Below are positions 16,458 through 26,353 of a stretch of 53,295 nucleotides of DNA, piece by piece; within the stretch, counting starts at the first letter, position 1; each line of letters opens with the position of its first letter. The DNA is from an uncultured Oscillospiraceae bacterium (GTDB lineage: Bacteria > Bacillota > Clostridia > Oscillospirales > Oscillospiraceae), in assembly GCA_947627085.1 (NCBI GenBank), contig CANQUO010000001.1, positions 1-53,295 of the forward strand, in the 5' to 3' direction. The position numbers and the translations under genes are program-made. The notes beneath the pieces were generated by a model. That model was not told where the DNA came from, did no database searches, and saw only the letters and a list, made by a program, of their open reading frames with translations.

Positions 16458-17381
16458 TTATTTTTGCGTATTCTGCTCGGCGCGGTATAGAGCGCACGCC
16501 GCTTTGAACCGGTCGATAAACCGCTCGGAGGCGCGTTTGGCGTCCGCCCTTTCCGGGTGCATCGCGTCGTAGGCGTGATAAAACCCCGGATACACGTCCA
16601 CCTCTGCCGGGACGCCGGCGGCCCGCAGGCGCCGGACATACTCCAACGTCTCGTCCCGGAAGGGCTCGATATCCCCGACGAAGGTGTAGCAGGGCGGCAG
16701 ACCGCTAAGGTCCTCCCTCCTTGACGGGGAGGCGTAGGCGGGAATCTCACCCTTATCCTTGAGGTCCCGCAGATAGAGCTTCCAGGCCAAGTGATTTCGC
16801 CTGGTGTCCCACATCTTTTCGTGGTTGTCACGGGAGGACTCGGTGTCGTAGCAGTCGAGCATCGGGTAGAGGGGCATCTGGAAGGCGATGTTCACCGAGC
16901 CCTTGTCCTTGGCGTACATGCAAAGCGCCGCCGCCAGCCCGCCGCCCGCGCTCTCGCCGCCCACCATGAGCTGGTCCGGCCTTATCCCCAGCGCCTTTGC
17001 GTGGTCCTTCATGTAGCAAAGCGCCGAGTGACAATCCAGGAGCGCGGCGGGATAGGGCCTTCTCAGGGACAGCGTGTAGGCGGGGGAGACCACCACCGCG
17101 CCGCCGAGGTTCACAAGGTCGACGGCCCTCGTCATATACGCCATCTCCGGCATACCCGTGACATAGCCCCCGCCGTGTATCCACAGCACCCCGGGCCGCT
17201 CCCCCTCCGCCGCCCCGGGCCTCAGTATAAGCAGCTTAAGCTTCTTGCCTGACGCCGGAATCTTGATATACTCCGCCCTCACGCCCTCCGGCCTATTTAA
17301 TGATATCATTCCTGTCACCCCGCTTATATAACCCCTGGCGTCAGTGATGACCCATTCAGGCATACGCTCCGCGCCGGTCAT
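16458..17381 (-). CDS. Alpha/beta hydrolase (esterase/lipase, HSL-type fold-3)
   Basis: HGGGY oxyanion motif (LWIHGGGYVTG) and nucleophile elbow GESAGGG. Confidence 0.85.
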   Translation of the reverse strand: MTGAERMPEWVITDARGYISGVTGMISLNRPEGVRAEYIKIPASGKKLKLLILRPGAAEGERPGVLWIHGGGYVTGMPEMAYMTRAVDLVNLGGAVVVSPAYTLSLRRPYPAALLDCHSALCYMKDHAKALGIRPDQLMVGGESAGGGLAAALCMYAKDKGSVNIAFQMPLYPMLDCYDTESSRDNHEKMWDTRRNHLAWKLYLRDLKDKGEIPAYASPSRREDLSGLPPCYTFVGDIEPFRDETLEYVRRLRAAGVPAEVDVYPGFYHAYDAMHPERADAKRASERFIDRFKAACALYRAEQNTQK

Positions 17382-17812
17382 TTCGTCAGCCTGACGGTCA
17401 GAAAATCACCTCGTCGGCCGGCGGCGTCGCCGAATATATCCTTCATCAGATTCGTGTCCAGCTTCCACGAGCCCACAATGTAAATCGTACCATCGCCGCG
17501 AACCACACGCCTGCATTCGCGCTCGATCTCGCTCCAGACGGGTTGAATGTGAAAAAACGAATTATACAGCACGACGGTGTCAAAGGAGCTGTCGGGAAAA
17601 TCCATTTTGGCGGCGTCCATGATCTGAAAACGGATATTCGCCTGCTCGATCTGGCTGTTCAACCTGCTGTCGTCCAGGTCAATGCAGGTGACGCTTTTGG
17701 CAAACCGAGCCGCCGACAGTGAAAAATCCGCCGTGCCGCACGCGACCTCAAGGACGGTTTTGTTCTCAATATCTGAAATAAGCAGGTTTACGAGCCTGTC
17801 TGTTTTCTTCAT
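17378..17812 (-). CDS. Small class I SAM-dependent methyltransferase
   Basis: Motif I is VLEVACGTADFS. The start was chosen at MKKTDRL after AGGAGAA, and the longer ORF up to 18004 has no RBS. The stop overlaps the esterase start (ATGA). Confidence 0.65.
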   Translation of the reverse strand: MKKTDRLVNLLISDIENKTVLEVACGTADFSLSAARFAKSVTCIDLDDSRLNSQIEQANIRFQIMDAAKMDFPDSSFDTVVLYNSFFHIQPVWSEIERECRRVVRGDGTIYIVGSWKLDTNLMKDIFGDAAGRRGDFLTVRLTK

Positions 17813-18021
17813 AGCCGCACCCCAATTCTCCTGAACTGAATAAGCCTTTCGTTCGATAGTCAAGTTATACCATAATAAACGCAAAGCGTCAACGGCCTTA
17901 CGGTGAGCTCTGTATACCTCCGCCGGCGTCAGGCCGTAAACGAACACCGTCCCCGCGTTTATCGGGGACGGTGTTTGCGGTAGATGCGCCGAGTCTGATA
18001 TCAAAAATCAGGACCTGCTTA

Positions 18022-18462
18022 TCAAATCCTGCTTATGACTCCGCAGGCGATTTTCTCTCTCGCGTTGCCGGACGGCTGGCTTTTGAAATCGTCCGGACCG
18101 GAATGTATCACGACGGTCCTGCCAAGTATCTCGTTCACTCTGAAGCGGTTCGTCAACACCCGGCAGTGCGCCCTGCCTCCGGCGCTCAGCAGCGGCGGAA
18201 GGTCCCCCGCGTGCTTCGGGTGCTCCGCGAAGCCCGGATCATAGTGCCCGCCGGTGTTTGGAAAGCCGGCGCCGCGGCAATCCCCGCCCTCATGGATGTG
18301 AAACGCGAAGAAGCCGGTATCCGTGTGGGGCAGGCCGTCTATATCCGCGGCTATAAGCGTTCCCCCGCAACGCGGGAAAAACCGGACCGTTCCGCGAATG
18401 TTCGGATATCCGTCACCTCCGTTGACGTGGGCAATGGCCGCAGGACTATTGCTTGTCGCCAT
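18022..18462 (-). CDS. sodC: Cu/Zn superoxide dismutase family protein without an obvious signal peptide
   Basis: All metal ligands are recognisable: FHIHEGGDC, GGHYDPG, HPKHAGDLPPL and VVIHSGPDD. The start was chosen at MATSNS, 7 nt after AGAGGTG. Confidence 0.8.
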   Translation of the reverse strand: MATSNSPAAIAHVNGGDGYPNIRGTVRFFPRCGGTLIAADIDGLPHTDTGFFAFHIHEGGDCRGAGFPNTGGHYDPGFAEHPKHAGDLPPLLSAGGRAHCRVLTNRFRVNEILGRTVVIHSGPDDFKSQPSGNAREKIACGVISRI

Positions 18463-18649
18463 ATCGAGCACCTCTATCCATGCTACGCCGGGTCTGACCC
18501 TAATGTCAACGCCCCCGAGCGGCGGGTGAGGCAAAAGCGGGTCCCGCGATGAGAAAAAGGCCGGCGCGAATGGATGGGGTCGATCCGATATAAGCATAAA
18601 AAGCCTGTTTTTTGGAGGAGCGTATGGGACGGCTTTTATGAAACGTAGG

Positions 18650-19648
18650 TCAGGTTGATTGACGCTCTACGATTTGCGAATAGATCATGATCTTCCGGTT
18701 GATGTGCTCGCCTTGAAGGACGCTGTATACGTCCTTGGCCATGGTCAGGCTCAGGTCATAGAGCATATTGTCAAGGGATGTGAGGGTGGGGGTGCATATC
18801 TCGGTGTAGCTGGAGTTGTTGATACCGATCACCGCCACGTCCTCCGGTATCCTCAGGTCCATCTCCCTCAGAGCGCGAATACCGATTACCGCCAGCGGGT
18901 CCTCGGAGAAGATGATGCCCCGTATCTCCGGATGATGCTTAAGGAGGTCCTGCGTGGCCTGATAGGTTTCGGGAAGGCTGGTGCCGGACTCGATGACGAC
19001 CGGCGTTTTCCCCGGGCAATAACGCGCCATGCCCTCCTCAAATCCCTCCCGCTTCAGGAGGTTACTGGGGGTGTACTGGTTCACGATAAACGCCAGGTCC
19101 GTGCGGCCCTTGCCGGCCAGGAGCTTCACACAGTCGCAGACGCCCCCGCGCTCATCCGCGATGATGCCGTAGACGTTGGGCAGGTCCAGATAACCGTTGC
19201 AGATGAATACGGGTATGCTCGACAGGTGCTTTTTCAGGGCGCGTTTTATTGCCTCGGTCTGATAGATGGAGCCCATAAGCACCGCCGCGTCCACCTTCCG
19301 CTGCTGGAGCACCTGGATGGAGCGGAGCTGTTCCTCGTCCCCGGTACCCGTATTATATATGAGGCAGGAATACCCGTGACGGCTAAGCTCCCGCTGGAGA
19401 TAGAATATCCCGTCCGTGTGATGTGTGGTGCGGATGTCCGAGATCAGCACGCCGATCATCCGGGAGGACTGGGTCACAAGGGACCTGGCGGTCTCGTTCG
19501 GAGTGTAGCTGTACTCCTCCAGCAGCTTCTTTATCTTGGTCCGCGTGGCTTTTTTTACATTCGGCTGGTCGTTTACAACCCGGGAAACGGTGCTGGGCGA
19601 CACCTGAGCCATCCGGGCAATGTCGTAGATCGTAACTTTCGTCGGCAC
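18650..19648 (-). CDS. LacI-family transcriptional regulator
   Basis: N-terminal HTH VTIYDIARMAQVSPSTVSRVVN plus a periplasmic-binding-protein-like sensor domain. Confidence 0.9.
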   Translation of the reverse strand: MPTKVTIYDIARMAQVSPSTVSRVVNDQPNVKKATRTKIKKLLEEYSYTPNETARSLVTQSSRMIGVLISDIRTTHHTDGIFYLQRELSRHGYSCLIYNTGTGDEEQLRSIQVLQQRKVDAAVLMGSIYQTEAIKRALKKHLSSIPVFICNGYLDLPNVYGIIADERGGVCDCVKLLAGKGRTDLAFIVNQYTPSNLLKREGFEEGMARYCPGKTPVVIESGTSLPETYQATQDLLKHHPEIRGIIFSEDPLAVIGIRALREMDLRIPEDVAVIGINNSSYTEICTPTLTSLDNMLYDLSLTMAKDVYSVLQGEHINRKIMIYSQIVERQST

Positions 19649-19732
19649 GGCAGTCTCCTGATTTCATAAGATTATATAATATAGTCTACCTATTTTCGAA
19701 TAAAAGTCAAGGGACCATGAAACAAATAATAT

Positions 19733-19746
19733 TGACATCGATTGCA
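19733..19746. promoter_or_regulatory. Candidate LacI-type operator
   Basis: TGACATCGATTGCA is a 14-bp imperfect palindrome around a central CG. It resembles the TGnAAnCGnTTnCA class and lies just upstream of the -35 of the divergent operon. Confidence 0.35.
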
Positions 19747-19754
19747 AAAAATTG

Positions 19755-19782
19755 TTGACATTTCCGATATCTATGTTAAAAT
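19755..19782 (+). promoter_or_regulatory. Promoter of the LacI-divergent catabolic operon
   Basis: TTGACA (19755..19760), a 16-nt spacer and TAAAAT (19777..19782). Confidence 0.5.
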
Positions 19783-19820
19783 GGTTGTATTCAGGGAGGG
19801 CTTGCTCCCGGAAAATAATC

Positions 19821-20189
19821 ATGGCGGAGGTCGAGAGCTTGATAAGACACAGCGGAGACCGGAAAGTGGAGAGGTTTGAACACAAGTTCGGCGCCGACGG
19901 GTTCATAACGGTCCGCAACCTGATCTGCTCGGACGGGGAGCTCAACGGAAAGGGGCGTGTATTCGCCCACACCACCGTCGCTCCGGGGAGCGGAATCGGC
20001 TACCATATCCACACCGGAGACACGGAAATCTACTATATTCTCAGCGGTCGCGGGGAGTACAGCGACAACGGCGCCATATGCCAGGTGGGGCCGGGCGATG
20101 TTACCGTCACGCCCTCCGGGCAGGGCCACGCGATAAAGTGTCTGGGGGAGGAGCCTCTGGAGATCATCGCGCTCATTCTGTACGCGTAA
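19821..20189 (+). CDS. Cupin-domain protein
   Basis: GYHIHTGDTEIYYILSGRGEYSDNG and PSGQGHA are the two cupin motifs. The start is uncertain, since the ORF is open from 19752. Confidence 0.7.
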   Translation: MAEVESLIRHSGDRKVERFEHKFGADGFITVRNLICSDGELNGKGRVFAHTTVAPGSGIGYHIHTGDTEIYYILSGRGEYSDNGAICQVGPGDVTVTPSGQGHAIKCLGEEPLEIIALILYA

Positions 20190-20311
20190 ACCGCCGCGCG
20201 CGCCGCGAAAAAGGGGGCGAGAGCTTTTTGCTTTAAATGCAACCGATTGCACTAAATGTGGAAAACCATCATAAATTTGGAAACTAAATAAAATGAGAAG
20301 AGACAGAAAAT

Positions 20312-21238
20312 ATGAATGTAACGATTCTGGGAGCGGGCGCGATGGGGATGCTTTTCGGCGGATACCTGTCGCGAAGGAACCGGGTTTGGCTTGTGGATGT
20401 CGACAGGGCGAGGGTGGACGAGATAAACGCCGAGGGCGTCACCGTCCGGGAGGCCGACGGCGCGCGGGAACGGTTTGATCCGGTGGCCGTGACGGGCTCG
20501 GATGGGCTCGGGCAGATGGATATCGTCGTCGTGTTCGTGAAATCAATGTACACCGCCGCGGCGCTCGAAGCGAACAAAGGCATAATCGGCCCCGATACAT
20601 ATCTGATGACGCTTCAGAACGGCGCGGGGCACGAGAAGGCGCTCCGGCCCTTCGCCGACGACAGCCACATCATAATCGGTACCACCCAGCACAACGCGTC
20701 GCTCCTCGGTCCGGCGGAGACGTATCACGGCGGGAGCGGCATCACATCCCTGGGACTTCTCTCCGGGGAGACGGGAGCTCTGGAGCACATAGCCGGCAAT
20801 CTCAGCTCCTGCGGGCTTGACTGCCGGATCGCCGAGAATATACGCCGGGAGGTCTGGACAAAGCTCTTCACGAACTCCTCCGCCAGCGCCCTTACGGCGA
20901 TACTTCAGACGCCGCTGGAGTATCTGGCGCAAGACCCCTGGGCCAAAGAGCTTATGGAGCGGCTGTGCCGGGAGGCCGTGGCCGTGGCCAACGCGGACTG
21001 CGGCGGGGGCTTTGACGAGGACGAGGTAGTCCGCGCGGTGACGGCGGTCTGCAACGGAGCGAAAAACGGATATACTTCCATCTACGCCGACATAAAAAGC
21101 GGACGGAGGACGGAGGTCGGCTCCATAAGCGGCGCGGTAGTGGAGGCGGCCAAACGCGCGAACGTGCCCGCGCCGTGCCACGAGACGGTCGCGGCGCTCA
21201 TACACGCGCTGGAGGACCGGGGCGCGCCGGGAACATGA
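20312..21238 (+). CDS. Ketopantoate reductase (PanE/ApbA) family oxidoreductase
   Basis: N-terminal Rossmann motif MNVTILGAGAMGMLFGGYL, with length and C-terminal domain typical of the ApbA family. Confidence 0.75.
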   Translation: MNVTILGAGAMGMLFGGYLSRRNRVWLVDVDRARVDEINAEGVTVREADGARERFDPVAVTGSDGLGQMDIVVVFVKSMYTAAALEANKGIIGPDTYLMTLQNGAGHEKALRPFADDSHIIIGTTQHNASLLGPAETYHGGSGITSLGLLSGETGALEHIAGNLSSCGLDCRIAENIRREVWTKLFTNSSASALTAILQTPLEYLAQDPWAKELMERLCREAVAVANADCGGGFDEDEVVRAVTAVCNGAKNGYTSIYADIKSGRRTEVGSISGAVVEAAKRANVPAPCHETVAALIHALEDRGAPGT

Positions 21239-21259
21239 AAGGACAGGAGAGGATCGAAT

Positions 21260-21997
21260 ATGCAAAAATACGATTGGACGGCGGGAGCGCCGGCCCGCAG
21301 GCCGGAAAGCCTGCCGCCGAAGGTCTATGAGCTGGGAGTTTTGAGGGTGGTGGACCTGACAAAGGTACTCGATCCCGCCACGGAGACCCGGCGGTGCCGG
21401 CTGTGGCGGTACAACACGGGAGGTCCCATACCGGACTTCCACACCATCATGGACCTGACGAGCCACCTGGGCACACACTGCGAGTGCCCCTACCACCACA
21501 GCGAGGACTGGCCAAGCGTAGCGGAGCTCCCGCTGACGAGCTTCATGGGCCGGGGAAGGTACGTGACGCTGGCGGGTCCCGGGCCGGGTGAGCTCATCAC
21601 CCCGGAGACCCTGGAAAAGGAGGCCGGGGACACACAGCCGGGAGATGTGCTCATACTGGATTCCCCCTACCGGATACCGCCCTTCACGCCCATGACGAAC
21701 ACCCCCGAGGACAGGCGCCTCAAGGTCAACGGCGGCACTGCCCGCTGGCTTCTGGAGCGCGGCGTCAAGGCCGTGGGCTTTGGGGACGGCGTGACCATCG
21801 AGGACTGCGAGGAGAACGTAAAGCCCTTCCACGACGTGCTCATGGCGGAAAACCGCACTTTCCTGGAGGTGCTGCAGAACCTGGAGCTCCTGAAGAGCCG
21901 CGTGTTCTTCATATCCTTCGCGCCAATGCCCATCGTGGGCCTCGATTCCTGCCCCGTCCGGGTCTACGCCATCGAGGGACTGGAAGGATTTTGCTGA
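21260..21997 (+). CDS. Cyclase-family protein (kynurenine formamidase-like fold)
   Basis: SHLGTHCECPYHH resembles the HxGTHxDxPxH metal motif, with Asp replaced by Glu. Confidence 0.6.
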   Translation: MQKYDWTAGAPARRPESLPPKVYELGVLRVVDLTKVLDPATETRRCRLWRYNTGGPIPDFHTIMDLTSHLGTHCECPYHHSEDWPSVAELPLTSFMGRGRYVTLAGPGPGELITPETLEKEAGDTQPGDVLILDSPYRIPPFTPMTNTPEDRRLKVNGGTARWLLERGVKAVGFGDGVTIEDCEENVKPFHDVLMAENRTFLEVLQNLELLKSRVFFISFAPMPIVGLDSCPVRVYAIEGLEGFC

Positions 21998-22039
21998 AAT
22001 TTTGTAAATACATTTAATTAACTTAAAGGAGGAAGACCC

Positions 22040-22999
22040 ATGAGCGAACCTGTATCGTTGAAAAACCGTACCACACTGAAGGAGCTTCTGGAGAAGGAGC
22101 AGCTTTTCGTGCCATGCGTCTGGGACTGCATGTCCACGAAGGTGGCGGAGCTGGCGGGCTTCAAGGCCGTATTGCTCAGCAGCGCGTGCCTGTCGTACAG
22201 CATGATCGGTATGCCCGACATCGGCCTCATCACCGCCGACGAGCTGGTGGCCGCCACGGAGCGCATCTCCAACACCACCAAGCTCCCGCTCATCATCGAC
22301 GCGGACGAGGGCTACGGAGACAGCCCCCTGAACGTCTACCGCACCTGCCAGCGTCTGGCGAAGGCGGGCGCCATGGCCATAACCATCGACGACACCACCT
22401 CCATTCGGGGATTGGAGAGGGCCTACGCCGGCGGGGCGACGTACTATTCAAACTCTGACTCTGAGGAAAACAAGCTCAATACACGCATCTGCTCCGCCGA
22501 CGAGCTGTGCGCCAAGATCAAGGCCGCCGTGGCGGGAGTTGAGGGCACGGACTGCATCATCATCGCCCGTACCGCCGCCAAGCGCATCTATGGCCTTGAC
22601 GACGCCATCGAGCGTATGGCCAGATGCGCCGAGCTCGGCGCGCACATGACCATGGTGCTGAACATCGGCAGCCTTGAGGAGTGCGTCAGGATAAACGAGC
22701 GCATCCCCGGCTGGAAGATGTTCCCGGACGTCTACTCCGTGAACGGCGAGCCGGTGGTGAAGCTGGAGGACATCGCGGCCCTGGGCTTCAATCTTGTCAC
22801 CTGCCACTTCTTGGAGAAGGGCGCCATGTGGGGCATGATGGACTACGCCATACACACCATGGCCGACAAGAGCACCGCATATTCCGACGCCCACGACATG
22901 GGCGGGACCTTTGAGCACGGGTGGATGGGCGTCCAGCTGGCGCTCTCCGAGTTCCCCAAGTGGTTCGCGCTGGAGGACGAGTTCAACAACGTGAAATGA
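22040..22999 (+). CDS. Isocitrate lyase/PEP mutase superfamily protein, paralogue 1
   Basis: PCVWDCMSTKVAELAGFKAVLLS and PLIIDADEGYGDSPLNV match the superfamily N-terminal barrel motifs. Confidence 0.75.
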   Translation: MSEPVSLKNRTTLKELLEKEQLFVPCVWDCMSTKVAELAGFKAVLLSSACLSYSMIGMPDIGLITADELVAATERISNTTKLPLIIDADEGYGDSPLNVYRTCQRLAKAGAMAITIDDTTSIRGLERAYAGGATYYSNSDSEENKLNTRICSADELCAKIKAAVAGVEGTDCIIIARTAAKRIYGLDDAIERMARCAELGAHMTMVLNIGSLEECVRINERIPGWKMFPDVYSVNGEPVVKLEDIAALGFNLVTCHFLEKGAMWGMMDYAIHTMADKSTAYSDAHDMGGTFEHGWMGVQLALSEFPKWFALEDEFNNVK

Positions 23000-23043
23000 C
23001 CGGACGGAGCCGGTATCAAAAAATGAGGAAGTGAGATATAGAT

Positions 23044-23949
23044 ATGCTTATGAAAAACGAGAACAACCTGCGCCGGTTGCTCTCCGAGGGGTATGTCGTC
23101 GCCCCGTGCGTCTACGACTGTCTCTCAGCGCGCTCGGCCATGCTGTGCGGCTTCAAGGCGCTTATGCTCAGCGGGTGCGCTTTGGCGTGGAGCGCCGTGG
23201 GGGTGCCGGACATCGGCCTTATGACGGTGGACGAGCTCATAGCCGCCGTGGACAGGATCACCGCGTCCTGCCCCCTTCCGCTCATCGTTGACGCGGATGA
23301 GGGCTACGGCGAGAGTCCGCTGAACACCTACCGCATGACCGCGCGGCTCATAAGGGCCGGGGCGGCCGGCATGACCCTTGACGACTCCGCGGGTATCCGG
23401 GGCTACGAGCGGCTTTTGGCTCACAGTCCCCACCCGGTGATGGACGAGGACGTATGGCTTGCCAAGGTCAGGGCCGCCAGGGCCGCCATAGACGCCCAGG
23501 GCTCCGACTTCCTGCTCATCGCGCGGACCATCGTCAAGGTCTCCGGCGGGATCGACGCGGCCATAGACAGGTGCAAAAAGGCCGTCGCGGCCGGAGCCGA
23601 TATGACGCTTGTCATCGGGCTTAACAATATGGCCGACTGCGAGAGGATATCCCGGGAGGTCCCGGGGTGGAAGATGTACCCGGACATCACCACCACGAAC
23701 GGCAAGGCCGACGTGGACGTGAAGGACATAGTGCCGTTGGGCTTCAACCTCATCACCATGCATTACGCCGAGTACGGCGCCATGTGGGGCATGATGTACT
23801 ATGGCCGGGAGAACTTCAAAAACGAGAACACCGTCTTTTCCGACACCCACGCCATGGGCGGCCTGACCATGCCGGAGAGGATGGAACAGCTCGCGATGGA
23901 CTACCGTGAGTGGCTGGCGCTGGAGAGGCGCTGCCTCGGGGAAGAATAG
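23044..23949 (+). CDS. Isocitrate lyase/PEP mutase superfamily protein, paralogue 2
   Basis: PCVYDCLSARSAMLCGFKALMLS and PLIVDADEGYGESPLNT, collinear with paralogue 1. Confidence 0.75.
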   Translation: MLMKNENNLRRLLSEGYVVAPCVYDCLSARSAMLCGFKALMLSGCALAWSAVGVPDIGLMTVDELIAAVDRITASCPLPLIVDADEGYGESPLNTYRMTARLIRAGAAGMTLDDSAGIRGYERLLAHSPHPVMDEDVWLAKVRAARAAIDAQGSDFLLIARTIVKVSGGIDAAIDRCKKAVAAGADMTLVIGLNNMADCERISREVPGWKMYPDITTTNGKADVDVKDIVPLGFNLITMHYAEYGAMWGMMYYGRENFKNENTVFSDTHAMGGLTMPERMEQLAMDYREWLALERRCLGEE

Positions 23950-23958
23950 GAGGGACCC

Positions 23959-24879
23959 ATGGAGAAGCTGACGACACTTGAGAAGCTCGCCACGAGCGAA
24001 CAGCTCTTCGTCCCCTGCGTGTGGGACTGCATGTCCGCAAAGGCCGCGGAGCTCACCGGCTTTAAGGCCATGCTCCTGAGCACCGCGGCGGTGAGCTACA
24101 GCCTGATAGGACGCCCGGATATCGGCCTTATCAGCGTGACCGAGATGGTCAGAGCCTGCGACAACATAGCCGATTATTCAAGCCTTCCCGTGATAGTTGA
24201 CGGGGACGAGGGCTTCGGCGACAGTCCGGCCAACGTCTACCGCACGTGCCGCCTGTTCGCCAAGGCCGGAGCCAAGGCCATAACCATAGACGATCAGACG
24301 GGCATCCGGGGCTATGAGCGCTCCGTGGAGCAGGGCCCGGAGGCATGCCCCGTGGTGGACCGGGAGCTCTATCTTGCGAAGATAGCCGCCGCTGTCGAGG
24401 CCCTTCGGGACACGGACTGCGCCCTCATTGCCAGGACCTGCGCCAAGACGAGGCTGGGCTTTGACGAGGCGCTGGAGCGCCTGCGGGCGGCAACGGAGCT
24501 GGGGGCAAGAATAACCATGATGATCGGTTTGTGCTCCCTGGAGGAGTGCAGAAAGATCGCCGCGGCGATCCCGGGGATAAAGATGTACCCGGACGTGGTA
24601 TCCCGGAACGGGGTCCCCGACGTGGAGCTTTCCGATATAGACGCCCTGGGGTTCAAGCTGGTTTCCATGCACTACCTTGAGAAGGGCGCGATGTACGGGA
24701 TGCTGGACTACGGCAGGAATAATATCGCCGCCAAAAACACCGTATATTCCGACGACCACGACATGGGTGGCATGACGGGCCGGGAGATATGGGACAGCTG
24801 TACCTACGGCCACCGGTGGTGGTTCGACCTGGAGAAAAGATGTCATGACGCCGGCCGCGCCGCGTCCGGTGGAAAATAA
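23959..24879 (+). CDS. Isocitrate lyase/PEP mutase superfamily protein, paralogue 3
   Basis: PCVWDCMSAKAAELTGFKAMLLS and PVIVDGDEGFGDSPANV, collinear with paralogues 1 and 2. Confidence 0.75.
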   Translation: MEKLTTLEKLATSEQLFVPCVWDCMSAKAAELTGFKAMLLSTAAVSYSLIGRPDIGLISVTEMVRACDNIADYSSLPVIVDGDEGFGDSPANVYRTCRLFAKAGAKAITIDDQTGIRGYERSVEQGPEACPVVDRELYLAKIAAAVEALRDTDCALIARTCAKTRLGFDEALERLRAATELGARITMMIGLCSLEECRKIAAAIPGIKMYPDVVSRNGVPDVELSDIDALGFKLVSMHYLEKGAMYGMLDYGRNNIAAKNTVYSDDHDMGGMTGREIWDSCTYGHRWWFDLEKRCHDAGRAASGGK

Positions 24880-24900
24880 ACAGAAAAGAGGAGAAAAATC

Positions 24901-26274
24901 ATGAAAAAACTACTTTGCCTGCTTTTGGCCGCGGCTCTCCTGACCGGTATCCTGGCCGGGTGCGGCAACAACAGTGACGGCACAGAGCCCAGCGTCCCCG
25001 AGGGCTCCAGCGGCCCGGCGACCGAGCCGAACGACCCCGGCACTACCCCCGGTGGCACCACCTCCGGCGGCAAGATCAAGCTCGGCGTTGTGGCGACGCT
25101 GGCCGCTGACGGCAAGATATCCGGCTATTATTTTGAGATCGGCCTGCGACTGGTGAAAAAGATGTTCGCCGACGCCGGCCTTGATGAGAACAGCGTGGAA
25201 TTTGTACTCAGAGATCAGGGCGAGGACGGCTCGGTCCTCAAGCAGCGTATGACGGAGCTCAAGGAGGCGGGCTGTGTGGGGATCATTGCCGCCATAGCGG
25301 ACGACTTCGGCCCCGTGGCCGCCCAGTGGGCCGGGGAGAATTCAGTGCCCGTTCTGTTCTGCTCTAACTATTCCACCGAGATGACCATTACCAACTATTC
25401 CGATTATATCTTCGGCACCGGCCTTAACGCCTGGGGCTTCATCAAGGTCCTGGCCCAGGAGGCCGTTGGCAAGCGCGGCATCAAGAACTACGCCTACGTC
25501 GGTACCGACGGCGCGGGAGCGGCGGACGCGGAGAACATACTCCTCTATGAGGGGCAGAAGATCAACCCCGACTTCCACTGCGTCGCCAGCTACCGTATGA
25601 GTCAGACGGAGACGGACTTCTCAACCATCATCGCTACGCTCATGTCCCAAGAGGAGAAGCCTCAAATGACTCTTCAGCAGGGCGGGAACGCGGTCATATC
25701 CTTCGTTATGCAGGCGGGTATGTATGACTATTACAGTATCAGCAGTGTCTGGTCTGATGTCATTATTATGCCCTTCGTCGTTCCCACGCTTGTAAACGCG
25801 GGGGTCTACAACTTTGACGGAAGCTTTGGCGCCACACCTTTGGCCTGGTGGGATGATGACTTCGCGGACTATTGCGAAGCGTTCCGCACCGTGGGCAAAG
25901 AAGTATATGATACCGACTATCAGCCGGTCGAATATTCAATGTACCTCTACTGGGCCGGCGAGGCTCTCCTTAACGCCATACAGACCGCCAGGGCCGAGAA
26001 CATCGACATTACTGACGGCCAGGTCCTCAAGGGCCTTCTTGAGAACGTCAGCTTCACCGACTTTGGCAGCGAGCACCACTTCCGCGATTTCGACCACCAG
26101 CTCACCATGGACCTCTTCTTCGTTGACGCTGTCGACTCCGGCGAGGAGCACGACCACCTGGCGATGCCCGCCGATGTCACCGCCGTCCACAGCGCGGATG
26201 ATTATCTGCCCACTATGGAGGAGATGAAGACATACGGCATCGAGAAGCTTGGCGTGACAGACAGATTTGACTGA
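24901..26274 (+). CDS. ABC transporter substrate-binding lipoprotein (Leu/Ile/Val-binding-protein-like fold)
   Basis: Lipobox LLTGILAGC, a Ser/Gly/Pro/Thr linker, and position directly upstream of LivHMGF-type genes. Confidence 0.75.
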   Translation: MKKLLCLLLAAALLTGILAGCGNNSDGTEPSVPEGSSGPATEPNDPGTTPGGTTSGGKIKLGVVATLAADGKISGYYFEIGLRLVKKMFADAGLDENSVEFVLRDQGEDGSVLKQRMTELKEAGCVGIIAAIADDFGPVAAQWAGENSVPVLFCSNYSTEMTITNYSDYIFGTGLNAWGFIKVLAQEAVGKRGIKNYAYVGTDGAGAADAENILLYEGQKINPDFHCVASYRMSQTETDFSTIIATLMSQEEKPQMTLQQGGNAVISFVMQAGMYDYYSISSVWSDVIIMPFVVPTLVNAGVYNFDGSFGATPLAWWDDDFADYCEAFRTVGKEVYDTDYQPVEYSMYLYWAGEALLNAIQTARAENIDITDGQVLKGLLENVSFTDFGSEHHFRDFDHQLTMDLFFVDAVDSGEEHDHLAMPADVTAVHSADDYLPTMEEMKTYGIEKLGVTDRFD

Positions 26275-26288
26275 TTGAAGCTCTTAAC

Positions 26289-26323
26289 GGCGCGATCCCG
26301 GCGGTAAGACGCCGGGACGCGCC
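26289..26323 (+). other. Intercistronic stem-loop after the binding-protein gene
   Basis: GGCGCGATCCCGGCG / CGCCGGGACGCGCC with loop GTAAGA. There is no U-tract, so it is more likely an mRNA stabiliser or attenuator than a full terminator. Confidence 0.4.
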
Positions 26324-26353
26324 GGTATCTGGCTTGGAAAGGACCGGACATCC

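Noticed and set aside
20543-21832. A 429-aa minus-strand ORF opposite the PanE-like and cyclase genes
   Set aside because: It spans two plus-strand genes and their intergenic RBS. Its composition is biased (Arg/Pro/Ala) with no recognisable domain.
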